46,799 bases of DNA from a virus (Duplodnaviria > Heunggongvirae > Uroviricota > Caudoviricetes): IMG/VR virus record IMGVR_UViG_2597490154_000003; one strand, given 5' to 3'. The position numbers and the translations under genes are program-made. The notes under the pieces are model-generated. The model made no database searches. It worked only from the letters and a program-made list of their open reading frames with translations, and was not told where the DNA came from. Below are positions 31,976 to 42,995 of this stretch, piece after piece; position 1 is the stretch's first letter; every line of letters starts with the position of its first letter.

Positions 31976-32191
31976 TTAAGCGGCTTTGTGTTCCGGCGGG
32001 AACACGTCATCAAGACTGACTTTTGCGCCTAACTTGTTTAGGCACGCAACAAGAGCACGGCATGTTTTAAGGTCTGGGAAGCGACGACCAGATTCCCAAT
32101 GTCCGATAGCTCCCTGTGTGCATCCAACTGCCTTAGCAAGTGTTGTTTGAGAGATATTCAGTGACTCTCGATATTTTCGTAGGTTGCTCAT
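31976..32191 (-). CDS. cro: Cro repressor (non-lambda immunity type)
   Basis: internal ATG of track ORF gives 71 aa MSNLRKYRESLNISQTTLAKAVGCTQGAIGHWESGRRFP with HTH; GGAGGG RBS; divergent from cI. Confidence 0.8.
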   Translation of the reverse strand: MSNLRKYRESLNISQTTLAKAVGCTQGAIGHWESGRRFPDLKTCRALVACLNKLGAKVSLDDVFPPEHKAA

Positions 32192-32302
32192 ATGCCCTCC
32201 ATAGTAAACACGAATAAAAAAATACAATATGTACTTTGCGAATACAAGTAAAAATACACATTGTGCATGGATGGTTCCAGTACAGAGCGTAATAATAAGG
32301 AC
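32192..32302. promoter_or_regulatory. OR operator region with divergent PR (cro) and PRM (cI) promoters
   Basis: 111-bp AT-rich cro-cI intergenic; repeated ATACAA/TTGTAT half-site-like motifs; candidate PR on minus strand -35 TTGTAT, 17-bp spacer, -10 TATTTT. Confidence 0.55.
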
Positions 32303-32962
32303 ATGAAAATGAAATGGTATGAACTGGCTAGATCCAGAATGAAAGAGCTCGGCATAACTCAAGAGAAGTTAGCCGAAGAGCTAGGTATGACGCAGGGTGG
32401 GATTGGACACTGGTTGCGCGGATCTCGTCATCCATCTCTTAGTGATATTGGTGTGGTGTTTAAATACCTTGGTATTGATAACATATCATTCAACCACGAC
32501 GGGACATTTTCACCTGTTGGCGAATACTCATCGGCCCCAGTTAAAAAACAATATGAGTACCCTGTTTTTTCTCATGTTCAGGCTGGGATGTTCTCTCCAG
32601 AACTCAGAACCTTTACCAAAGGCGATGCGGAGAGATTGGTAAGCACAACCAAAAAAGCCAGTGACTCTGCATTCTGGCTTGAGGTTGAAGGTAACTCAAT
32701 GACCGCACCAACAGGTTCCAAACCCAGCTTTCCTGACGGGATGTTAATTCTGGTTGACCCTGAGCAAGCTGTTGAGCCCGGCGATTTCTGCATAGCCAGA
32801 CTTGGTGGTGATGAATTTACCTTCAAGAAACTGATCAGGGATAGCGGTCAGGTGTTTCTACAGCCACTAAACCCACAATACCCAATGATCCCATGCAATG
32901 AGAGTTGTTCCGTTGTGGGGAAAGTTATCGCCAGCCAATGGCCTGAAGAGACGTTTGGGTGA
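32303..32962 (+). CDS. cI: CI repressor, chimeric (novel N-terminal DNA-binding domain, lambda-like C-terminal domain)
   Basis: ATG at 32303 with TAAGGA RBS; C-terminal about 130 aa ([21 protein letters not shown] ... [16 protein letters not shown]) near-identical to lambda cI; N-terminal HTH region differs and shares TQGxIGHW motif with Cro. Confidence 0.9.
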   Translation: MKMKWYELARSRMKELGITQEKLAEELGMTQGGIGHWLRGSRHPSLSDIGVVFKYLGIDNISFNHDGTFSPVGEYSSAPVKKQYEYPVFSHVQAGMFSPELRTFTKGDAERLVSTTKKASDSAFWLEVEGNSMTAPTGSKPSFPDGMLILVDPEQAVEPGDFCIARLGGDEFTFKKLIRDSGQVFLQPLNPQYPMIPCNESCSVVGKVIASQWPEETFG

Positions 32963-33001
32963 TGAAACCACTTTTATCTACAATTTACAGGGCGGTAAAC
33001 A

Positions 33002-33559
33002 TTGGCAAAAATAGATGATTATCAGCCAAGCCAAGTAGAAGTTGATAAAGTACTTTATTGTAAAAAAATAGTTAACTTTTCTGGCGTTAAATGGAAACAG
33101 AAACCAAGTCGCTCTGATATGTGGCTACAAGCCCATATCATCCCCTTGGATGAGGATTGTATACCTATACAAGGGCTAAAGTTTGAACTGAAATGGAAAC
33201 CAGATCAGGATTCAGAACCTGATGACCCGATTTCTTACCCTAAAATAAATATTATTGCTTTCTATCATAACAAGAGGGTTTTCGCGGTAGATACCTATCA
33301 CTTTGACAAACACACGAATAGTTACAAGGTCGATCATCCGAAGTACCAAGATATCATTTACGGTGCTCACTACCATGTATACTATGAAGAAGCTGGATAC
33401 TATAGTGATAGAATAGCGTTTCCAATCGAAGATGACATAAACCCAGATGACCTGGTAGGGTATTGGAATTACTTCTGTAAACATCTGAACATAACTTACT
33501 CTGGGAGAATACCTTTACCGCTTGAAGATGAGTCGGGGCAAATGGGGTTTGGAATATGA
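33002..33559 (+). CDS. hypothetical protein, rex-locus gene A (unknown function)
   Basis: 185-aa ORF directly downstream of cI, same strand; track start at 33002 is TTG, first in-frame ATG at 33119; AT-rich by eye; stop overlaps start of next gene (ATGA); acidic, Tyr/His-rich. Confidence 0.55.
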   Translation: MAKIDDYQPSQVEVDKVLYCKKIVNFSGVKWKQKPSRSDMWLQAHIIPLDEDCIPIQGLKFELKWKPDQDSEPDDPISYPKINIIAFYHNKRVFAVDTYHFDKHTNSYKVDHPKYQDIIYGAHYHVYYEEAGYYSDRIAFPIEDDINPDDLVGYWNYFCKHLNITYSGRIPLPLEDESGQMGFGI

Positions 33560-34308
33560 TGTGCTCAACAGTGATCTCACAACTAGGTTTCGAATGCCAT
33601 CCAATAGGCAAGACCTTGAGAATTATCAGTCCATTCACTTACTGTGATGATGGAGAGCATGTCGGTGCCTTTATCCGTGAAGTCAATGGTAGGTATTTAG
33701 TTAGTGACAGATGCGATGCCTTAATGAATATGGAGGCAAGAGGGATCTCGCTTACCAAAAAACGACTTGATGAGATACGACAATTACTGCTTAAAGAAGG
33801 CGCAGAACTCAATGCTCGAGGAGAAATCATTGCTTGGGCAACAGAAAAGGATGTCGGTGCGATTACATCGAACATAATTAGAGCTGGTATACTCGCATCA
33901 ACTTTGTCGTTAGACTGGTATCAGCCAGTTCAAGCTGAAAAGTTTGAAAGTATGGTTATTGATTATCTATATCACACAGAGCTTAGAGACGCACTTTCTC
34001 TTCGTGAAAACGTATATGGCTTGAGTGGACATCAAATTACCGTCCCTGTAACAATAAAAACCGACATACCTAAATACGTTTTTACATCAAGCGTGAAACA
34101 CGGAGGAAGCTGGAATAGTGCTTACTCATTGCTTGGGAAACTAATTGATCTTAAAGCTTCAAGTGAGGAGTATAACAACAGATTTGTTGTTATAGACAGC
34201 GAAGCAATTGGTGATCAAATGCAACAACTCTCCTTACTCTTCCATGAATCAAGCCAAGTTCTACCATTCTCCAAAAGAGAGACTTGGGTTAAGAGACTTG
34301 CAGCATAA
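33556..34308 (+). CDS. hypothetical protein, rex-locus gene B (unknown function)
   Basis: 250-aa ORF, ATG at 33556 overlapping gene A stop; AT-rich; no TM segments or nucleotide-binding motifs seen by eye; followed by intrinsic terminator. Confidence 0.6.
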   Translation: MMCSTVISQLGFECHPIGKTLRIISPFTYCDDGEHVGAFIREVNGRYLVSDRCDALMNMEARGISLTKKRLDEIRQLLLKEGAELNARGEIIAWATEKDVGAITSNIIRAGILASTLSLDWYQPVQAEKFESMVIDYLYHTELRDALSLRENVYGLSGHQITVPVTIKTDIPKYVFTSSVKHGGSWNSAYSLLGKLIDLKASSEEYNNRFVVIDSEAIGDQMQQLSLLFHESSQVLPFSKRETWVKRLAA

Positions 34309-34313
34309 TACAA

Positions 34314-34340
34314 CCCGGCCTCAGCGCCGGGTTTTCTTTG
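34314..34340 (+). terminator. rho-independent terminator ending the cI/rex-locus operon
   Basis: hairpin cccggc-ctcagc-gccggg followed by TTTTCTTTG directly after gene B stop. Confidence 0.55.
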
Positions 34341-34517
34341 CCTCACGTTCGCCCACCTAAAAACACATAACCAATTATATTTATTGAAAAATAAATAGAT
34401 GCAACCCACTAAACCACGCAATTCTGATCTCTCCTTACATCGCCGAGGCAATACATCCACGCTAAAAAACAACACTATTAAATACAAAGCGTTATAAAAA
34501 ACCACGCCAACTTACAA

Positions 34518-34562
34518 CAAATTGTATTGATCTTGTAAAGTACATATCGTACTATTTAACCG
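34518..34562 (+). promoter_or_regulatory. PL promoter with OL operator candidate
   Basis: -35 TTGATC (34527-34532), 17-bp spacer, -10 TACTAT (34550-34555); spacer contains AAAGTACATATCGTA, an inverted near-copy of the OR motif AAAGTACATATTGTA. Confidence 0.45.
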
Positions 34563-34601
34563 TCAGCAGGACGCTGGAAGCCAAATGGAACAGACTGGCA
34601 G

Positions 34602-34646
34602 GCTCTTTAAACAACGTCGACTCTCGACTACGTGGCTGAAAAGCCA
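34602..34646 (+). promoter_or_regulatory. nutL candidate (boxA plus boxB)
   Basis: boxA-like GCTCTTTAAACAA (34602-34614) then, 18 nt later, hairpin TGGC-TGAAAA-GCCA (34633-34646); same loop and spacing as the nutR candidate. Confidence 0.5.
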
Positions 34647-34744
34647 GATCACCCAACCACATAAGCTGTGGGATGCAATGCCGAAGCAACCGTCTCAGGA
34701 GGAGCTTCGAGATTGCATCGCCAAAGTTTATTCGGGAGGAATCC

Positions 34745-35017
34745 ATGTCCAGAAAAACAGAATTTAAAGGCACCGCAGCTTCTCGCCGTAGAGCTCGTCG
34801 CGCAAATCTGCAAAGTCAGGAGGCGATCAGCTCCGACAAGCTACACAGGCCAACCCCTTCACGAGTGGTCTTGCAATGCAAGCTCAAACCAGCAATGAGA
34901 GCAGAAGTGATAACTCTGACAACGTTGACCAGAAAATATGAAGGTTCAACTTGTCTTCCGAACGTAGCTCTTTACGCGGCAGGCTACCGGAAATCAAAAC
35001 AACTGACGGCGAGATGA
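34745..35017 (+). CDS. N: antiterminator N (P22 gp24-like)
   Basis: ATG at 34745 with GGAGGA RBS; Arg-rich motif GTAASRRRARRANLQ near N-terminus; C-terminus NVALYAAGYRKSKQLTAR resembles remembered P22 gp24 end. Confidence 0.7.
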   Translation: MSRKTEFKGTAASRRRARRANLQSQEAISSDKLHRPTPSRVVLQCKLKPAMRAEVITLTTLTRKYEGSTCLPNVALYAAGYRKSKQLTAR

Positions 35018-35033
35018 TAAATTCATTTGCTAA

Positions 35034-35615
35034 TTACTTGTTTTTGCCATGCTTATCCTGAGCGATAAGTTCATCCATAAGGCTGTCTGCCTTCCCGGCA
35101 AACCTAATGTAGCACTCATGTCTATAGCTTTCAGGGATAACGAAACGGTCGGTATCAGGATATCCAACAGCAGGAGGCCTTCGAACGAGGAGTCCTTTTT
35201 TGAGCAATGAAATTGATTCATGAGCGCCCTTTTCCGTTTGTAGCTGGTTATTAGCGGCTACAGCGAATGCCAAATACGCTCTTTCTCCAAGAGTTAACGA
35301 ATCAAACAAATCTTGCACATATTTTTCTTCTTTAGATTTGCGCTTCTGAGCAGCGAATACCTCAATTCTTTCAGTCACAGCGTGATAAGCGGAATTAACA
35401 ACGCCGTTAAGCACATAGCTAACGCAAAACAACAGGATGTAATACATCCAGTAATGAGGAAGGATTTCTGGACTATGCAGGTTTATCCATTCTTTTACGC
35501 TTACCGGCATAACAATAATCAATATGATCAGGATGATTAGCATATGAATCAACTGTTTAAGTGTCATTCCTTGCAGGAAAAAATGCATTAGTTCCTGCCA
35601 CCATGAGTTGTTCAT
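35034..35615 (-). CDS. sieB: superinfection exclusion protein SieB-like
   Basis: track ORF runs into IS911; ATG at 35615 gives 193 aa MNNSWWQELMHFFLQGMTLKQLIHMLIILIILIIVMPVSVKEWINL... with N-terminal TM segment, matching remembered lambda SieB. Confidence 0.7.
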   Translation of the reverse strand: MNNSWWQELMHFFLQGMTLKQLIHMLIILIILIIVMPVSVKEWINLHSPEILPHYWMYYILLFCVSYVLNGVVNSAYHAVTERIEVFAAQKRKSKEEKYVQDLFDSLTLGERAYLAFAVAANNQLQTEKGAHESISLLKKGLLVRRPPAVGYPDTDRFVIPESYRHECYIRFAGKADSLMDELIAQDKHGKNK

Positions 35616-35721
35616 CGGCGTTTCTCTTTTGCTCTCTGTAGGGGTGAATTGAAGTGGTTTACTGAATTTGGCCACCTGAACAGAGGTGATATGCTCACCT
35701 CAGAACAACACAGGTGCCATA

Positions 35722-36872
<1,151 letters not shown>

Positions 36873-37014
36873 CTCGGTGGCCAGTTTTTGTTGACCACTT
36901 CAAATAGAGTTTATCCGATTTCTCGTTGTAGGGGTACACGAGAACCACCGAGCCTGATGTGGTTAAAAGACAGGCACAATCTTTACTACCGCAATCCACT
37001 ATTTAAGGTGATAT

Positions 37015-37101
37015 ATGGAAGAAGAATTTGAAGAGTTCGAAGAGCATCCTCAAGATGTGATGGAACAATACCAGGACTATCCGTATGACTACGACTATTG
37101 A
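37015..37101 (+). CDS. small acidic ORF (lambda orf28-like)
   Basis: my own translation: MEEEFEEFEEHPQDVMEQYQDYPYDYDY, 28 aa, RBS AAGGTG; overlaps ral start; below track size cutoff. Confidence 0.4.
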   Translation: MEEEFEEFEEHPQDVMEQYQDYPYDYDY

Positions 37102-37285
37102 TACAAATCAATGGTGTGGACAATTCAAACGATGCAATGGATGCAAGCTGCAATCGGAATGCATGGTTAAGCCTGAAGAAATGTTTCCTGTAATGGAAGA
37201 TGGGAAATATGTCGATAAATGGGCAATACGAACGACGGCAATGATTGCCAGAGAACTTGGTAAACAGAACAACAAAGCTGCCTGA
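37085..37285 (+). CDS. ral: restriction alleviation protein Ral
   Basis: 66 aa MTTTIDTNQWCGQFKRCNGCKLQSECMVKPEEMFPVMEDGKYVDKWAIRTTAMIARELGKQNNKAA matches lambda Ral. Confidence 0.9.
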   Translation: MTTTIDTNQWCGQFKRCNGCKLQSECMVKPEEMFPVMEDGKYVDKWAIRTTAMIARELGKQNNKAA

Positions 37286-37421
37286 TAGTGGCCTTTATTT
37301 TTGGCATAAATAACAGAATAAACACTGCACTGTGTATTCATTCCAACGAGTGAATACACGGAGCAATGTCGCTCGTAACTAAACAGGAGCCGACTTGTTC
37401 TGATTATTGGAAATCTTCTTT

Positions 37422-37448
37422 GCCCTCCAGTGTGAGGGCGATTTTTTA
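37422..37448 (+). terminator. intrinsic terminator within the PL operon (tL-type)
   Basis: hairpin gccctc-cagtgt-gagggc followed by GATTTTTTA between ral and ea10. Confidence 0.45.
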
Positions 37449-37467
37449 TCTATGAGGATATGAATAG

Positions 37468-37836
37468 ATGTCAAACATCAAAAAATACATCATTGATTAC
37501 GACTGGAAAGCATCAATAGAAATTGAAATTGACCATGACGTAATGACAGAGGAAAAACTTCACCAGATTAATAATTTCTGGTCAGACTCTGAATACCGAC
37601 TCAATAAACACGGCTCTGTATTAAATGCTGTATTAATCATGCTGGCGCAACATGCTCTGCTTATAGCAATTTCAAGCGACTTAAATGCATATGGTGTTGT
37701 GTGTGAGTTCGACTGGAATGATGGAAATGGTCAGGAAGGATGGCCTCCAATGGATGGTAGTGAAGGAATAAGAATTACCGATATCGATACATCAGGAATA
37801 TTTGATTCAGATGATATGACTATCAAGGCCGCCTGA
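37468..37836 (+). CDS. ea10: Ea10 (Ssb-like early protein)
   Basis: 122 aa MSNIKKYIIDYDWKASIEIEIDHDVMTEEKLHQINNFWSDSEYRLNKHG... matches lambda Ea10. Confidence 0.85.
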   Translation: MSNIKKYIIDYDWKASIEIEIDHDVMTEEKLHQINNFWSDSEYRLNKHGSVLNAVLIMLAQHALLIAISSDLNAYGVVCEFDWNDGNGQEGWPPMDGSEGIRITDIDTSGIFDSDDMTIKAA

Positions 37837-37908
37837 GCGCGGCGTTACCGCATACCAATTACGCTTCACTCGAGGCGTTTTTCGTTATGTATAAATAAGG
37901 AGCACACC

Positions 37909-38073
37909 ATGCAATATGCCATTGCAGGGTGGCCTGTTGCTGGCTGCCCTTCCGAATCTTTACTTGAACGAATCACCCGTAAATTACGTGACGGATGGAA
38001 ACGCCTTATCGACATACTTAATCAGCCAGGAGTCCCAAAAAATGGATCAAACAATTATGGCTATCCAGACTAA
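37909..38073 (+). CDS. cIII: CIII (FtsH inhibitor)
   Basis: my own translation from ATG 37909: [54 protein letters not shown], 54 aa as lambda CIII; below track size cutoff. Confidence 0.85.
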   Translation: MQYAIAGWPVAGCPSESLLERITRKLRDGWKRLIDILNQPGVPKNGSNNYGYPD

Positions 38074-38185
38074 ATTCACTATCGCCACTTTTATTGGCGA
38101 TGAAAAGATGTTTCGTGAGGCCGTCGACGCTTATAAAAAATGGATATTAATACTGAAACTGAGATCAAGCAAAAGCATTCACTAA
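38042..38185 (+). CDS. kil: Kil (host cell division inhibitor)
   Basis: ATG at 38042 in frame inside track ORF 37916-38185; 47 aa [47 protein letters not shown] as lambda Kil. Confidence 0.75.
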   Translation: MDQTIMAIQTKFTIATFIGDEKMFREAVDAYKKWILILKLRSSKSIH

Positions 38186-38260
38186 CCCCCTTTCCTGTTT
38201 TCCTAATCAGCCTGGCATTTCGCGGGCGATATTTTCACAGCCATTTTCAGGAGTTCAGCC

Positions 38261-38557
38261 ATGAACGCTTATTACATTCAGGATCGTCTTGAGGCTCAGA
38301 GCTGGGCGCGTCACTACCAGCAGATCGCCCGTGAAGAGAAAGAGGCAGAACTGGCAGACGACATGGAAAAAGGCCTGCCCCAGCACCTGTTTGAATCGCT
38401 ATGCATCGATCATTTACAACGCCACGGGGCCAGCAAAAAAGCCATTACCCGTGCGTTTGATGACGATGTTGAGTTTCAGGAGCGCATGGCAGAACACATC
38501 CGGTACATAGTTGAAACCATTGCTCACCATCAGGCTGATATTGATTCAGAGGTATAA
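38261..38557 (+). CDS. gam: Gam (RecBCD inhibitor), short GamS form
   Basis: 98 aa [60 protein letters not shown]... matches lambda Gam from its internal Met; the upstream [10 protein letters not shown] start at 38140 is in another frame here. Confidence 0.85.
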   Translation: MNAYYIQDRLEAQSWARHYQQIAREEKEAELADDMEKGLPQHLFESLCIDHLQRHGASKKAITRAFDDDVEFQERMAEHIRYIVETIAHHQADIDSEV

Positions 38558-38562
38558 AACGG

Positions 38563-39348
38563 ATGAGTACAGCACTCGCAACGCTGGCAGGGAAGCTGGC
38601 TGAACGTGTCGGCATGGATTCTGTCGACCCACAGGAACTGATCACCACTCTTCGCCAGACGGCATTTAAAGGTGATGCCAGCGATGCGCAGTTCATCGCA
38701 TTGTTGATCGTCGCCAACCAGTACGGCCTTAATCCGTGGACGAAAGAAATTTACGCCTTCCCTGATAAGCAGAACGGCATTGTTCCGGTGGTGGGCGTTG
38801 ATGGCTGGTCCCGCATCATCAATGAAAACCAGCAGTTTGATGGTATGGACTTTGAGCAGGACAATGAATCATGTACATGCCGGATTTACCGCAAAGACCG
38901 CAATCATCCGATCTGCGTTACCGAGTGGATGGATGAATGCCGCCGCGAACCATTCAAAACCCGCGAAGGCAGAGAAATCACGGGGCCGTGGCAGTCGCAT
39001 CCCAAACGGATGTTACGGCATAAAGCCATGATTCAGTGTGCCCGTCTCGCCTTCGGATTTGCTGGTATCTATGACAAGGATGAAGCCGAGCGCATTGTCG
39101 AAAATACCGCATACACTGCAGAACGTCAGCCGGAACGCGACATCACTCCGGTTAACGATGAAACCATGCAGGAGATTAACACTCTGCTGATCGCCCTGGA
39201 TAAAACATGGGATGACGACTTATTGCCGCTCTGTTCCCAGATATTTCGCCGCGACATTCGCGCATCGTCAGAACTGACACAGGCCGAAGCAGTGAAAGCT
39301 CTTGGATTCCTGAAACAGAAAGCCACTGAGCAGAAGGTGGCAGCATGA
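38563..39348 (+). CDS. bet: Bet (Red-beta single-strand annealing protein)
   Basis: 261 aa [66 protein letters not shown]... matches lambda Bet. Confidence 0.95.
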   Translation: MSTALATLAGKLAERVGMDSVDPQELITTLRQTAFKGDASDAQFIALLIVANQYGLNPWTKEIYAFPDKQNGIVPVVGVDGWSRIINENQQFDGMDFEQDNESCTCRIYRKDRNHPICVTEWMDECRREPFKTREGREITGPWQSHPKRMLRHKAMIQCARLAFGFAGIYDKDEAERIVENTAYTAERQPERDITPVNDETMQEINTLLIALDKTWDDDLLPLCSQIFRRDIRASSELTQAEAVKALGFLKQKATEQKVAA

Positions 39349-40025
39349 CACCGGACATTATCCTGCAGCGTACCGGGATCGACGTGAGAGCTGTCGAACA
39401 GGGGGATGATGCATGGCACAAATTACGGCTCGGCGTCATCACCGCTTCAGAAGTTCACAACGTGATAGCAAAACCCCGCTCCGGAAAGAAATGGCCTGAC
39501 ATGAAAATGTCCTACTTCCACACCCTGCTTGCTGAGGTTTGCACCGGTGTGGCTCCGGAAGTTAACGCTAAGGCGCTGGCTTGGGGAAAACAGTACGAGA
39601 ACGACGCCAGAGCCCTGTTTGAGTTTACTTCCGGCGTGAATGTTACTGAATCCCCGATCATCTATCGCGACGAAAGTATGCGCACCGCCTGCTCTCCCGA
39701 TGGTTTATGCAGTGACGGCAACGGCCTTGAGCTGAAATGCCCGTTTACCTCCCGGGATTTCATGAAGTTCCGGCTCGGTGGTTTCGAGGCCATAAAATCG
39801 GCTTACATGGCCCAGGTGCAGTACAGCATGTGGGTGACGCGAAAAGATGCCTGGTACTTTGCCAACTATGACCCGCGTATGAAGCGTGAAGGACTGCATT
39901 ATGTCGTGGTTGAGCGGGATGAAAAGTACATGGCGAGTTTTGACGAGATGGTGCCGGAGTTCATCGAAAAAATGGACGAGGCACTGGCTGAAATTAGTTT
40001 TGTATTTGGGGAGCAATGGCGATGA
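39345..40025 (+). CDS. exo: Exo (Red-alpha 5-prime to 3-prime exonuclease)
   Basis: 226 aa [65 protein letters not shown]... matches lambda Exo. Confidence 0.95.
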   Translation: MTPDIILQRTGIDVRAVEQGDDAWHKLRLGVITASEVHNVIAKPRSGKKWPDMKMSYFHTLLAEVCTGVAPEVNAKALAWGKQYENDARALFEFTSGVNVTESPIIYRDESMRTACSPDGLCSDGNGLELKCPFTSRDFMKFRLGGFEAIKSAYMAQVQYSMWVTRKDAWYFANYDPRMKREGLHYVVVERDEKYMASFDEMVPEFIEKMDEALAEISFVFGEQWR

Positions 40026-40204
40026 CGCATCCTCACGATAATATCCGGGTAGGCGCGATCACTTTCGTCTACTCCGTTACAAAGCGAGGCTGGGTATTTC
40101 CCGGCCTTTCTGTTATCAGAAATCCACTGAAAGCACAGCGGCTGGCTGAGAAGATAAATAATAAACGGGAGGCGGTATGCACAAAGCATCTCCTGTTGAG
40201 TTAA
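40022..40204 (+). CDS. lambda orf60a-like protein
   Basis: track ORF 40016-40204; from [60 protein letters not shown] resembles remembered lambda orf60a. Confidence 0.55.
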   Translation: MTHPHDNIRVGAITFVYSVTKRGWVFPGLSVIRNPLKAQRLAEKINNKREAVCTKHLLLS

Positions 40205-40351
40205 GAACGAGTATTGAGATGGCACATAGCCTTGCTCAAATTGGAGTCAGGTTTGTGCCAATACCAGTAGAAACAGACGAAGAATTTCATACGTTAGCCA
40301 CATCCCTTTCACAAAAGCTGGAAATGATGGTGGCGAAAGCAGAAGCAGATG
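40177..40351 (+). pseudogene. lambda orf63-like gene truncated by IS911 insertion (last 7 codons displaced to 41602-41621)
   Basis: [58 protein letters not shown] then IS911 end; removing the IS and one ATG copy restores ...AEADERDQV-stop. Confidence 0.6.
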
Positions 40352-40381
40352 TGAAGTGGTCAACAAAAACTGGCCACCGAG

Positions 40382-41529
<1,148 letters not shown>

Positions 41530-41617
41530 TATGGCACCTGTGTTGTTCTGAGGTGAGCATATCACCTCTGTTCAGGTGGCCAAATTCAGTAAACCACTTC
41601 AATGAGAGAGACCAGGT

Positions 41618-41701
41618 ATGACAACCACTGAATGCATTTTTCTGGCAGCGGGCTTCATATTCTGTGTGCTTATGCTTGCCGACATGGGGCTTGTTCAGTG
41701 A
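41618..41701 (+). CDS. small hydrophobic ORF (27 aa)
   Basis: my own translation: MTTTECIFLAAGFIFCVLMLADMGLVQ; ATG overlaps the displaced orf63 stop; stop overlaps GTG start of next gene; below track cutoff. Confidence 0.25.
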   Translation: MTTTECIFLAAGFIFCVLMLADMGLVQ

Positions 41702-41913
41702 CACCTCAGCAAGAAAACGCCCTTCGCAGCATTGCCCGTCAGGCTAATTCTGAAATCAAAAAAGCCAGACAGCAGTTTCCGGATAAAAACGTCGATGACA
41801 TTTGCCGTAGCGTACTAAAGAAGCACCGCGAAACGGTAACGCTGATGGGATTCACACCGACTCATTTAAGCCTGGCGATCGGCATGTTAAACGGCGTCTT
41901 TAAGGAACGGTGA
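41698..41913 (+). CDS. hypothetical protein (lambda orf61-like position)
   Basis: GTG at 41698 in frame within track ORF 41632-41913; 71 aa VTPQQENALRSIARQANSEIKKARQQFPDKNVDDICRSVLKKHRETVTLMGF... Confidence 0.45.
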   Translation: MTPQQENALRSIARQANSEIKKARQQFPDKNVDDICRSVLKKHRETVTLMGFTPTHLSLAIGMLNGVFKER

Positions 41914-42011
41914 ACATGAAAAGCAAAATCATCAGGGAGCTACAGGCTCCTTTTTTATTATTCGCATTCACCCTCAAGCGTATTAACCAACAATTCAGGG
42001 ATTAATGAAAG

Positions 42012-42233
42012 ATGGCGGACATCATTGATTCAGCATCAGAAATTGAAGAATTACAGCGCAATACAGCAATAAAAATGCGTCGTCTGAACTACCAGACTAT
42101 ATCCGCCACTCATTGTTGTGAGTGTGGCGATCCCATAGATGAACGAAGACGCCTGGTCGTTCAGGGTTGTCGGACTTGTGCAAGTTGCCAGGAGGATCTG
42201 GAGCTTATCAGTAAACAGAGAGGTTCGAAGTGA
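42012..42233 (+). CDS. zinc-finger protein, TraR/DksA-like
   Basis: 73 aa with CCECG...C..C..C four-Cys arrangement near C-terminus. Confidence 0.55.
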   Translation: MADIIDSASEIEELQRNTAIKMRRLNYQTISATHCCECGDPIDERRRLVVQGCRTCASCQEDLELISKQRGSK

Positions 42234-42994
42234 GCGAAATTAACTATCAGGCACTGCGTGAAGCGGCAGAAAAAGCAACGTGTGGTGAGTGGTCGCTCGA
42301 ATATGGAGAGAGCCGATTTGATGGTGATTATGCGCTAATTCATCGTGAAGTTGCTGGATATATTCCCATTTGCAGAATTGAAGGAGCGCATCCAGAAAGC
42401 GGTTTCGATGAAGATTTCCAAATGGAACAGCAGGCCAATGCTGAATTCATCGCCGCAGCCAATCCGGCTACTGTGCTGGCACTGCTGGATGAACGGGAAA
42501 GAAACCAGCAATACATAAAACGCCGCGACCAGGAGAACGAGGATATTGCTCTTACTGTTGGGAAGCTGAGAGTTGAGCTTGAGGAGACAAAATCAAAACT
42601 CAACGAGCAGCGTGAGTATTACGAAGGTGTTATCTCGGATGGGGGTAAGCGTATTGCTGAACTGGAGAAAAGCGAAGAGCAACTCATTAACGAGCGTGAC
42701 CATGCTGAATCTGCTTTAGCAGATATGTACTTTGCAGCAACCGGGGATGAGCCGGAGTGGAGCAACTGGTTCGGCTTTTCAGATGCTGTCGATGCCGTGG
42801 TTGACAGAATTGCTGATTTAGAAGCTAAACAGCCATCACCAGTAGTACCGGAAGGACTGGTTAAAGCAGTGCGCTTCTATGAACAGGTTAAGCGTGAAAA
42901 TCCACCAGTCGAAACAGAGGCATGGAAAGACGCTATTGACTGGGTGCTCAAAGAGTCTTGTCAGGCTGTAAACATTGATACCAATGGAGATTGA
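42230..42994 (+). CDS. Ea22-like protein
   Basis: 254 aa; N-terminus MSEINYQALREAAEKA and central LLDERERNQQYIKRRDQENEDIALTVGKLRVELEE..KSKLNEQREYYEGVISDG resemble remembered lambda Ea22; coiled-coil. Confidence 0.6.
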   Translation: MSEINYQALREAAEKATCGEWSLEYGESRFDGDYALIHREVAGYIPICRIEGAHPESGFDEDFQMEQQANAEFIAAANPATVLALLDERERNQQYIKRRDQENEDIALTVGKLRVELEETKSKLNEQREYYEGVISDGGKRIAELEKSEEQLINERDHAESALADMYFAATGDEPEWSNWFGFSDAVDAVVDRIADLEAKQPSPVVPEGLVKAVRFYEQVKRENPPVETEAWKDAIDWVLKESCQAVNIDTNGD

Positions 42995-42995
42995 T

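Noticed and set aside
34215-34505. 96-aa minus-strand ORF
   Set aside because: Falls in the AT-rich terminator and OL/PL regulatory region, overlapping the gene B 3-prime end antisense; the composition makes long stop-free frames unlikely to be coding.
34585-34767. 60-aa plus-strand ORF upstream of N
   Set aside because: Overlaps the nutL boxA/boxB region and the N ribosome binding site in another frame; the N leader is expected to be non-coding.
37916-38185. 89-aa track ORF treated as a single gene
   Set aside because: Its 5-prime part is an alternative frame overlapping cIII (37909-38073); only the 3-prime portion from the internal ATG at 38042 corresponds to kil.
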